From an uncultured Phycisphaerales bacterium (lineage in GTDB: Bacteria > Planctomycetota > Phycisphaerae > Tepidisphaerales > Tepidisphaeraceae), in assembly GCA_963758525.1 (NCBI GenBank), contig CAVWVQ010000004.1, positions 109,993-173,992 on the forward strand: a stretch of DNA of 64,000 nt, in the 5' to 3' direction. Positions 31,330-42,106 of the stretch are shown here, one piece after another. A program made the translations under genes and the position numbers. Below the pieces are notes generated by a model that was given only the letters and a program-made list of their open reading frames with translations, did not search any database and was not told where the DNA came from. The first letter of the stretch is position 1; each line of letters opens with the position of its first letter.

Positions 31330-32534
31330 GCCCACGCATTCTCATTCTCAGCGCCAGTGTCGGCAGCGGCCACAACCGGGCCGCGCAGGCGATCCACCTC
31401 GCGCTGCACCGCATCCGTCCCGATGCGATCGTTGAATACGTCGACGTTCTGGACGACACCAACCGCGCCTTTCGCGGAATGTACGGCCGGGGCTATTTCG
31501 GACTGGTGGACCGTGCGCCGCACGTCGTCGGGTATCTCTACGACCGTCTCGATCAGCCGGTCAAAAGCCCGCGGATGGAGCGCGTGAGGCATTCGCTGTC
31601 GATGATGAATCTGCAGCGGCTCGTCGAGCGGCTGACCCTCAAGCCATGGGACCTGGCGATCTGCACGCACTTTCTTCCCGCCGAGATTATCGGCAAACTC
31701 CACGATGCCGGGCGGATCGATTTTCCTCAGGCCATTGTCACCACCGACTTCGACACCCATCGGCTCTGGGTGAATCCGCCAGCGGCAAAGTATTTTGTCG
31801 CAGCTCAGGAAGGCGCGATTCATCTTACTGCATGGGGCGTGCGAAACGCGGACATTGCCGTGACCGGTATTCCCATCCATCCGAGCTTTGCCGAGTTCAA
31901 ATCCTCGGCGGAATGCCGCCGTCTGCACGGAATCGGAAACACGCGTCCGGTCATCCTGCAGCTTGCCGGCGGCGCCGGCTTCGGTCCGGTTGAAAAGGTG
32001 CACCGAGCGATTTTGGATGTGCAGACGCCGCTGGAGATCATCACCGTCGCCGGGCGCAACGAGCCGCTGCGGGATGACCTGACGCGCATGCAGTGCCCGT
32101 CGCGACATATCCGTCACATCCTGGGATTCACGCATCAGATGGACGAATTAATGGCCGCCGCCGACGTCGTCGTCTCCAAACCCGGCGGACTGACAGCATC
32201 GGAATCGCTGGCTCGCGGCGCCGCAATGGTGATCTGCGACCCGATCCCCGGCCAGGAAACACGCAACAGCGATTACCTCCTGGAGAACGGCGCGGCCATC
32301 AAGGTGAACAACCTCGCGAGCCTGCCCTACAAGCTCGGGGCCATGCTCAGCGAGCGCGGGCGGCTAGAAGGACTGCGCGGCAACGCCCGGCGACTCGCGC
32401 GGCCGCATGCCGCATTTGAAGTCGCGTCGCAGTGTCTGGACCTGATCGACGCCGCAAGCGGCACGAATAAGCTTGGGCGACGCACTGAGACGATAGCTGC
32501 TTCGATGCCGGAATCGCGTTTGAGCGCGGTGTAG
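31326..32534 (+). CDS. MGDG synthase / UgtP-like GT28 diacylglycerol glycosyltransferase
   Basis: SASVGSGHNRAA, CTHFLP, VTTDF..H..W, TGIPI, SKPGGLTASE, PIPGQETRN. ATGA overlap with the upstream gene. Confidence 0.92.
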   Translation: MSPRILILSASVGSGHNRAAQAIHLALHRIRPDAIVEYVDVLDDTNRAFRGMYGRGYFGLVDRAPHVVGYLYDRLDQPVKSPRMERVRHSLSMMNLQRLVERLTLKPWDLAICTHFLPAEIIGKLHDAGRIDFPQAIVTTDFDTHRLWVNPPAAKYFVAAQEGAIHLTAWGVRNADIAVTGIPIHPSFAEFKSSAECRRLHGIGNTRPVILQLAGGAGFGPVEKVHRAILDVQTPLEIITVAGRNEPLRDDLTRMQCPSRHIRHILGFTHQMDELMAAADVVVSKPGGLTASESLARGAAMVICDPIPGQETRNSDYLLENGAAIKVNNLASLPYKLGAMLSERGRLEGLRGNARRLARPHAAFEVASQCLDLIDAASGTNKLGRRTETIAASMPESRLSAV

Positions 32535-32555
32535 TGGAGCAATCGCGTCGACTCT

Positions 32556-32624
32556 GTAGGGCGGGATTCATCCCGCCGATTCGTTGCCATTCCTCAGACC
32601 ACGGCGGGATGAATCCCGCCGTAC
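32556..32624. repeat. REP family A doublet between convergent genes
   Basis: GTAGGGCGGGATTCATCCCGCC ... GGCGGGATGAATCCCGCCGTAC. Confidence 0.9.
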
Positions 32625-32685
32625 GGAAAACGCGTCGCAGATCCGCTGCTGAGTTTTGTCTCAGCGCACGTAGCCTCGGAACCTT

Positions 32686-33342
32686 CTACGGCAACACAAA
32701 CACCTGCACGAAGCCCGGCCCATGCACGCCGGTCACGAGATTCAACTCGATGTCCGCGGTTTTTGACGGCCCGGAGATGATCGTGATGCCGGCGGAATTG
32801 CCGTCGTGGGTCAGCAGCGCGAACAGATCGACCAGGTCCGGCAGAAAGTTTGCCGCCTCGACGATCGCGACATGCGTCGGCGGCACCAGCGACAGCGCCC
32901 GCCCGTGGTCCGGCGAGGATCGCATGATCAGGCTTCCCGTCTCGGCGACGGCTTTGTAAACGTCCGTGACCGCGCAGTCGAAGTCATACAGCGCATCGAG
33001 TGTCATGTCCGGCCACGCCGCGACTTCAAACCCACCCTCGCGCAGAGCTGCGGGAACCCCAAGCTTCTCCAGCAATTCCGAACGAGGCACCGCGACGCGC
33101 CGAACAGCGCGGGAACGAAGAAGCTCGATCAATCGCGCGGGCAGCGTGCTCGGTTCCACCGCATCGACATGCATCTTGTTGGCGGTTGCCCGGGCCGTGA
33201 ACAGTTCGGAAAGTCGCGCATCCGCAAAAGCAAGACGGGTGATTTTGTCCTCGATTGCGGGCGGAATCGGCGCAACAGACAACGGCTCGCCGCGTCCGAG
33301 CGCCTTGCGCACTTTGGCCATCACGCCGGATGCATCGTTCAT
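32686..33342 (-). CDS. lutC: Lactate utilisation protein C (LUD domain)
   Basis: AVAETGSL, RALSLVPPTHVA, ISGPSKTADIEL.LVTGVHGP. Confidence 0.93.
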   Translation of the reverse strand: MNDASGVMAKVRKALGRGEPLSVAPIPPAIEDKITRLAFADARLSELFTARATANKMHVDAVEPSTLPARLIELLRSRAVRRVAVPRSELLEKLGVPAALREGGFEVAAWPDMTLDALYDFDCAVTDVYKAVAETGSLIMRSSPDHGRALSLVPPTHVAIVEAANFLPDLVDLFALLTHDGNSAGITIISGPSKTADIELNLVTGVHGPGFVQVFVLP

Positions 33343-34790
33343 GGTCCGCTCTTTCGCTTGGCCCACATCTGGTGAAACGTCTTCTCCGCCGGCGCCGGCA
33401 TGTCACGAATCTGGGTCCAGCCCGCCGCGACCGAGGGAAGCTTTTGGATCCAGCCGGTCTTTTTCGCCCGGCGGCGCAGGTCCCACTTCTGAAACATCGC
33501 GATGCATTTGTAGACGAACGGAGACAGCAACCCTCTCGCCCACGCTCGATAAATGAACCGCTCGATGGGGCTGTTGAGATGCTGGGTGACAATGTCGCGC
33601 CGCAGGTTGATCAGGTGTTTTGGAATGTCGATACGCACCGGGCATGCTTCGTAACACGCGCCGCAAAGACTCGACGCCTGCGGCAAATCCTTGAAGTTTC
33701 CCAAGCCTTGAAAGAGCGGCGTAATCAACGCGCCGATCGGGCCGGGATACACGCTGCCGTACGCATGGCCGCCGATGTTGCGGTAGATCGGACAGGCGTT
33801 GAGGCACGCGCCGCAGCGGATGCAGCGCAGCGTCTCGCGATAAGGCCCCGCGAGAATCTCACTGCGCCCGTTATCCAGGAGCACCAGGTGAAATTCCTCC
33901 GGCCCGTCGCGCTCGCCCGGCTCGCGTTTGCCGCCAAAGAGGCTCGTGTACACCGTCATCGCCTGGCCCGTCGCGCTGCGGGCCAGCAACTTCAACATCA
34001 CGGACAGGTCCACCTGCCGCGGGACCAGCTTTTCGATGCCGACCAGGCTGACCAGCACGCGCGGCGTCGTCATGCTCTGCCGGGCGTTCCCTTCGTTTTC
34101 CACAACGCAAACCTGGCCGGTATCGGCAACGAGAAAGTTGCCACCGGTGATGCCGAGATCAGCCCTGCGGAATTTTTCCCGAAGATAAACGCGAGCCTGC
34201 ATCGTCAGATGCTGCGGATCATCGTTGTACGGCGTTTTAAAGTAACTGCTGAACAGCGTCGCGATCGACTTCAGATCCTTATGAATGATGGGCGTCACGA
34301 TATGGCTGGGCTTGTCGTGATCGATCTGGATGATGAACTCCCCCAGGTCCGTTTCGACCACGTCCATCCCCGCGTGCTCCAGCGCGTGGGCCAATTCCAC
34401 TTCCTCGCTGGCCATCGACTTGCTCTTGATGCACGTCTTGAGCCCGCGGCTGCGGGCAATCTCGAGAATGATCCGCCGCGCCTCTTCGCCGGTTGCAGCG
34501 AAATGAACATGCCCGCCGCTCTTTTCGACGTTGACGCAAAGTTGATCGAGGTAGAAATCGAGGTTGTCCAGCGCGTGCTGCTTGATGTCACCGGCAAGAA
34601 TGCGCAGATCGAGCGGATTGGGCATCAGGCTGAGAATCTGCTTGCGCCCGGTATCCTGCCGCACGACGGCGTTGTTGACCGCGCGGCGCAGACGCTCGTC
34701 CCCCGCCGCCTTCACGCTGACGGAGTGAAAATCGAATTTCGAGGCCTCCGCCTCTTCCAGGAAATGCTGCGTGTTTGGATCGTTCGCCAT
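33339..34790 (-). CDS. lutB: Lactate utilisation Fe-S protein B
   Basis: KSKSMASEE, ETDLGEFIIQ, PSHIVTP, ENEGN, CIRCGACLNACP, SSLCGACYEACPV. Confidence 0.95.
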   Translation of the reverse strand: MANDPNTQHFLEEAEASKFDFHSVSVKAAGDERLRRAVNNAVVRQDTGRKQILSLMPNPLDLRILAGDIKQHALDNLDFYLDQLCVNVEKSGGHVHFAATGEEARRIILEIARSRGLKTCIKSKSMASEEVELAHALEHAGMDVVETDLGEFIIQIDHDKPSHIVTPIIHKDLKSIATLFSSYFKTPYNDDPQHLTMQARVYLREKFRRADLGITGGNFLVADTGQVCVVENEGNARQSMTTPRVLVSLVGIEKLVPRQVDLSVMLKLLARSATGQAMTVYTSLFGGKREPGERDGPEEFHLVLLDNGRSEILAGPYRETLRCIRCGACLNACPIYRNIGGHAYGSVYPGPIGALITPLFQGLGNFKDLPQASSLCGACYEACPVRIDIPKHLINLRRDIVTQHLNSPIERFIYRAWARGLLSPFVYKCIAMFQKWDLRRRAKKTGWIQKLPSVAAGWTQIRDMPAPAEKTFHQMWAKRKSGP

Positions 34791-34805
34791 CGACGTCTAT
34801 TCCGT

Positions 34806-35558
34806 TCACCAGCTGTTGAGATCGATCCCCAGCGCCTCGGCAATCAGCTCGGCGATATGGACAACCTCGGTCGGGACGCCGCTGCGATGACACATCCCCG
34901 CGATGTTCATCGTGCAGCCGGCGTCATTGCAGATCAGCGCCTCCGCCTTGGTCTCGGCAATGCACTTCACTTTATCCTCGACAATCGCGCCGCTGATCGC
35001 CGGATATTTGACGGCAAACGTTCCGCCAAAGCCGCAGCATTGATCGGTTCGCTCAAGTGGCACAAAATCGACATTCCCGATCTGTTGCAGCATCCGCACG
35101 CCCTCGTCCTTCAGGCCGATGCCCCGCAGATGGCAGGTGTAGTGATAAGACATCCGACGTTTGGCGGGCAGCGACAGATTCGAGAGATCGAGCTTCAGCA
35201 CCTTGTGCAGAAACTCGACAAACTCATGCGTTGCCGACGAAACCTTGTGCATCCGCGGCTCCCACGCGTGATCGTCCTTGAACAGGTGATGAAACTGCTC
35301 GCGCACCATTGCGCAGCATGAGCCGCTGGGCGTCACCACATAATCGTACGGCTCAAAAACCTCGATCATGCGCTCGGCAAGTTTGCGGGCCTCGGGATGG
35401 AAACCGTTATTGAAGAACGGCTGCCCGCAGCAGGTCTGCGCCTCGGGAAATTCGACGCGCCAGCCGTAGTGCTCGAGAATTTTGGTAACAGCAATGCCGA
35501 CGCGTGGATAAAACTGGTCCGTCAGACAGGTGATGAACAGCGCCGCTGTGGGTTGCAT
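34806..35558 (-). CDS. lutA: Lactate utilisation protein A (CCG domains)
   Basis: LFITCL.D, QTCCGQP, PSGSC, YHYTCH, CCGFGGTFAVK, DAGCTMNI. Confidence 0.95.
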   Translation of the reverse strand: MQPTAALFITCLTDQFYPRVGIAVTKILEHYGWRVEFPEAQTCCGQPFFNNGFHPEARKLAERMIEVFEPYDYVVTPSGSCCAMVREQFHHLFKDDHAWEPRMHKVSSATHEFVEFLHKVLKLDLSNLSLPAKRRMSYHYTCHLRGIGLKDEGVRMLQQIGNVDFVPLERTDQCCGFGGTFAVKYPAISGAIVEDKVKCIAETKAEALICNDAGCTMNIAGMCHRSGVPTEVVHIAELIAEALGIDLNSW

Positions 35559-35632
35559 AAGATGAGTGCGTCACTTTATGCGCCGAACAATCAGAGTACA
35601 AGCATTCGAATGCGCAAGCACGCAGCAGTTCG

Positions 35633-35965
35633 CTACGATGCCCGACGGCCGATCTTTTCCGCCAGGCTTTCAGCGATCAGGCCCGACAGCGTGCGCCCCG
35701 TCCGCTTGGCGTAGCGGCCTGCGGCGTTAATCAAGCTGGGAGTCATACTGATCATCACGCGCTTCGCCTTGGCCGATTCCGGCTTTGTCGGCCGACCAAC
35801 GCTCCGCGCAACGCTCTCTTCGCGGCGTTCGGTGCGCGTGAGAGGACGACCATCCTCCAATTTCAATTTCTTCGCCCAAGCATCAAGACCGGCAAAGTCA
35901 TGTTCGTCGGGAGTGAGCGTTGTGCTTGTGCTCCGGCTGCGGGCCGTTAATTTTGCCTTCTTCAT
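35633..35965 (-). CDS. Putative antitoxin with C-terminal ribbon-helix-helix (BrnA/CopG-like)
   Basis: GRPTKPE..AKRVMISMTPSLINAAGRYAK..GRTLSGLIAE. Starts 3 nt after the stop of the BrnT-like remnant. Confidence 0.7.
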   Translation of the reverse strand: MKKAKLTARSRSTSTTLTPDEHDFAGLDAWAKKLKLEDGRPLTRTERREESVARSVGRPTKPESAKAKRVMISMTPSLINAAGRYAKRTGRTLSGLIAESLAEKIGRRAS

Positions 35966-35968
35966 GGG

Positions 35969-36183
35969 CTATTTCCTTCGTCGGCGCAACTGCCGCTTCA
36001 TCTCCGCGGTGATCACTTGCATCCAACGGCCCGGAGTCGTCTTCCCCCATACACGCCGTTTGCCTTCGCCAGTTCTTGTGGGAACGGGGGCGTGGCATTT
36101 TCCACAACGAACTGCGCCTCTGCGGGCGTCACGCCATGCTTGCTCAAGTGATCACGGTTCGATTCGTCCCACGCGAAGATCAC
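35969..36183 (-). pseudogene. BrnT-like toxin, frameshifted and apparently internally deleted
   Basis: Manual translation gives (M)IFAWDESNRDHLSKHGVTPAEAQFVVENATPPFPQE, then a shifted frame GEGKRRVWGKTTPGRWMQVI-TAEMKRQLRRRRK*. Not in the ORF track. Confidence 0.7.
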
Positions 36184-36377
36184 CAATAAAATTGTACAAC
36201 GGAATTACCGCTCCGCCACCGTCCGCGCGTTCAGACGGTTCGGGGTGACGTGGTTCTTCTGTCGGCCCAAGCAGTTAAACTCGTCGCCGAGCAGCAGCAT
36301 ATGGTCCGCCATCACGAAGCCATCCGTTTGACGCGATTTTCCGCCGCCGATACGGTAGCGGGCTCCGGAGTCAGAAT

Positions 36378-36635
36378 TTGTTGCCAAGCGATGATCATTT
36401 CGAGCAAAGCATTCGCCGCCAGATTACATTGAACCGGTCTCGCACGCCGACGCAGCGTTTCCTGGCGTTGTGCGATCTTCTCGACGCCGCCAGGGCAATG
36501 GCGCCGGATGATCCGGCGGCCCGGGCGCGGCGACGCCGCGCGAACGCCGCCCGCCAACGTGAACGGGAACAATGGCATGCCCAATGCAGACGACTCTTTG
36601 CCTCCCGCGGGCCGGACGCTTCAACGGGCGTTTGA
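36378..36635 (+). CDS. Small helical protein, putative antitoxin partner of the downstream nucleotidyltransferase
   Basis: RSRTPTQRFLALCDLL motif; overlaps the start of the nucleotidyltransferase gene. Confidence 0.55.
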   Translation: MLPSDDHFEQSIRRQITLNRSRTPTQRFLALCDLLDAARAMAPDDPAARARRRRANAARQREREQWHAQCRRLFASRGPDASTGV

Positions 36636-37179
36636 TGCGCTGGTCGGCGTGCTCCACGAGCGCAAGGTCCGCTACGCCATCATCGGCGGACTCGCGATGA
36701 TTCAACATACTCGCGTGCGAACCACCGATGACATCGATACGCTGCTGGCGCTCCCTCAAATCGCCATGGCTGGCTTCTTCGAGGCACTCCAGGCTCGCGG
36801 GTTTCAGATTGAGATGGTGCGAAATATTCGGGAGCTTCGGGACGAGGGTTTGACGAAGATCGAGTTCGACGACGTGATCGTCGACCTGATGCGGCCACTG
36901 CCCGCATATGCTCATGTCCTGGACCTAGCCGTCGAGTCGAAGATTCTCGGGCATGAGGTGCGTGTCAGTTCGGCCGAGGGGTTGATCGTGATGAAGCTCA
37001 TCGCCGACAGACCGATGGACGAGACTGACATACGTGACCTGCTGGTCGCCTACGGGAACGAACTCGATTTGGGTTACGTCCAAACTGAACTCCATTCCAT
37101 CATGGAGCAGAACGACCCGCGCCTGGCAAAGCTCGAGGCGTGGATTGCGGACACGCACGATGGCACAAGTTCGCGCTGA
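36577..37179 (+). CDS. Nucleotidyltransferase (AbiEii/MenT-like toxin family)
   Basis: YAIIGGLAM..H..VRTTDDID, VDL, SAEGLIVMKL.A.RP.D..DI..L. Confidence 0.82.
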   Translation: MPNADDSLPPAGRTLQRAFDALVGVLHERKVRYAIIGGLAMIQHTRVRTTDDIDTLLALPQIAMAGFFEALQARGFQIEMVRNIRELRDEGLTKIEFDDVIVDLMRPLPAYAHVLDLAVESKILGHEVRVSSAEGLIVMKLIADRPMDETDIRDLLVAYGNELDLGYVQTELHSIMEQNDPRLAKLEAWIADTHDGTSSR

Positions 37180-37239
37180 AAACAATTTCGGCGGTAGTCA
37201 GATCCCCGCTTGAGCTCTGACGCCCTGCACCCTCTCTTA

Positions 37240-37411
37240 GCGCGCGCGCGTGAATAATCTTCCCAATTTAGTTTTGAAGCCAGCAAAGAATGATCCTCCC
37301 CCGTAGCACAGCCGTCTCGGCTGTGATTTCGGGCCACAGCCGAGACGGCTGTGCTGCAAAACTGCGTTACTGATAGCTTCGACATCGATCAAGTTATTCG
37401 TGCGCGAGCGC
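37240..37411. mobile_element. MITE-like element, family X, carrying a family C REP doublet (37303-37357)
   Basis: TTA|GCGCGCGCGCGTGAATAA ... TTATTCGTGCGCGAGCGC|TTA. Confidence 0.75.
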
Positions 37412-40051
<2,640 letters not shown>

Positions 40052-40146
40052 AACGCATTATTATATCCCAAGCCGTTTCATCGGACAGTGTGATTGGCGG
40101 CTCCCCGAATCACATCGCAGTCGTTCCCCCAGTGCCCGCTTGCTGA

Positions 40147-40271
40147 GTCCGGCGACAAGTCGCTCGGCTCCGCGCTGCCGCGACGCACATGGCCCCTCGC
40201 AGGATTTGTGCACGTAATCCAAGGGGGTTTATGTGTCGCGGCATCGCAGAGCCGGGCGACTTGTCGCCGGA
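40147..40271. repeat. Inverted doublet, family F (TCCGGCGACAAGTCGCTCGGCTC)
   Basis: The arm at 40147-40177 is identical over 31 nt to 61891-61921. The inverted mate GAGCCGGGCGACTTGTCGCCGGA ends at 40271. Confidence 0.85.
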
Positions 40272-40607
40272 TTCCCAGCGCGCGCCATGCTCGCCTCTCG
40301 TTGACTCGCTTCCGGACCTGCTGAATAATGAATTCCGATGGTTGCGGTTCTCGAATCACATCTTTGGAGCGTCTGGCCGAAAACCCAACATCGATGAGCC
40401 AGCCCGCCAAGAGTTTGGCGCGAGGACAAGCTGCGGAATTCAAGTTCGAACCATCTGGTGTCTCGCCTTCGTAAGCTGCTCGTGACAGGCCCCCGACATT
40501 GCCCGGGACGGGTCGCCTGTACTGAGCAAGCCGAGCGAGTCGAAGTGCCGCTTTTTTATCTATTGCCCTGCCGCGATGAGAAAGGTTGCCGGTTCGCGAT
40601 GAGCCGG

Positions 40608-40616
40608 TGGTATAAT
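40608..40616 (+). promoter_or_regulatory. Extended -10 promoter (TGgTATAAT), probably giving a leaderless mRNA
   Basis: Lies 7 nt upstream of ATG 40624; no SD present. Confidence 0.6.
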
Positions 40617-40623
40617 CGCGGCT

Positions 40624-41255
40624 ATGCCGGACGTCATCGGTCAGCCTCTTCTCGAAGAAGCGCTTGAGCGCAGGGAGGTGCTTGTGCGTTACACCGTTGA
40701 CCAGTACCACGAGTTCATTGCAACCGGGATGTTGCCTGAGACGATCCGAACGGAACTGATCGATGGGTTGCTGGTTCAAAAAGACCGCGCGAGCGCGGGG
40801 GATGGCCTGATGACGATCGGCGATCGGCACCGGATGGTGGTGCTTCGGCTCACCGAGTTGGCACCGCAGTTCAAGGCGTTCGGGTGTTTCCTGCAGGCGC
40901 AAATGCCGATCGCAATTCCGCCCAGCAGCGAACCAGAACCGGACATCTCTGTAATTCGGGGGGTGATTGAGAATTTTCGAGATCACCCCCCGGCAGCCCA
41001 TGACGCGTTGTTCGTTCTTGAAGTCGCCGACAGTTCGTTGCGACGTGATCTAAAGGTGAAACTGCCGATCTATGCCAAGGGTGGCATTCAGGAGTACATC
41101 TTCATCAATTTGAAGGATGATGTGATTTTGGTTTATTGCCGTCCCGACGGAGCGAATTACGCCGAAGTAACCGAACTGCGCCCGGCGACACCCTGAAGCT
41201 GCCTACCGCCGCCCACCAGACGGTGGACGTCTCGACCGCTCTGCTGCTCGGGTAG
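40624..41255 (+). CDS. Uma2 family endonuclease-like protein (frameshift near 41181)
   Basis: RYTVDQYH, ELIDG, EPEPDI, LEVADSSL.RD..VK..IYA.GGI.EY. A shifted frame gives PGDTLKLP...LLG* ending at 41255. Confidence 0.9.
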
Positions 41256-41407
41256 CCGTCTCGGGCCCGGGGATTCAGCACCTCGTAAATCCAATCTGGT
41301 AATTCACCGCGACCGGCACGTATTGCGTTCAACGCGCCAAAATGTCGCCCGCGTTTGCGATAGTCGGCGCTGCGCCTATTGTGATGCATCAGAAAGGGAT
41401 GCCGTGC

Positions 41408-42106
41408 ATGGCGGAGCGTACAACCGAAGCGATCGCGCTGGCTCATGTGAGCAAGTGGTACGGCCAGGGGCCGGGGAGAGTCGGCGCGCTGACGGATGTC
41501 AGCGTGACAATCGGCCCCGGTCGCATGGTTGCCCTGCTCGGACGCAGCGGGTCGGGGAAGACAACGCTGCTCAATCTTCTTGGGGCGGTTGACCGCCCTT
41601 CCACCGGCTCGGTCCGCATCGAGGGATGTGAACTGAGCGCGCTGTCGGAAGGGAAGCTCGCGTTGTTCCGCCGACGACGACTTGGGTACGTGTTTCAGGC
41701 TTTTCATCTCGTGCCGAGCCTCACCGCCCTTCAGAACGTAGCGCTGCCGCTCATGCTCGACCGCAAATTTGACAAGGCGCAACGTGCGCACGTTACCGGG
41801 CTCCTCGAACGATTGGGCCTCGCCGGCCTCGCAGCGCGGTATCCCGACGAACTCTCCGGCGGCCAGCAGCAGCGCGTCGCGATCGCCCGCGCGATTGTTC
41901 ATGAGCCGGTGGTGCTTCTTGCAGACGAGCCGACGGGCAACCTCGACGTGCAGACGGGGCGGGAGATTCTTGATCTTTTGCAAACGATGCCGCGCGAGCT
42001 GGGCGTCACCGTCGTGATTGCCACTCATTCCCAGGAAGCAGCCGAGCGATGCGATCAGCGCCTCGTGCTCGAAGACGGCCGCCTGATGCCTGGAGGCGCT
42101 GCGTGA
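41408..42106 (+). CDS. ABC transporter ATP-binding protein (LolD/MacB type)
   Basis: [37 protein letters not shown]. Confidence 0.95.
   Translation: MAERTTEAIALAHVSKWYGQGPGRVGALTDVSVTIGPGRMVALLGRSGSGKTTLLNLLGAVDRPSTGSVRIEGCELSALSEGKLALFRRRRLGYVFQAFHLVPSLTALQNVALPLMLDRKFDKAQRAHVTGLLERLGLAGLAARYPDELSGGQQQRVAIARAIVHEPVVLLADEPTGNLDVQTGREILDLLQTMPRELGVTVVIATHSQEAAERCDQRLVLEDGRLMPGGAA

Noticed and set aside
40272..40600. Possible ncRNA or gene remnant
   Set aside because: No recognisable motif or protein similarity by eye; an Rfam or tBLASTx search would be needed.
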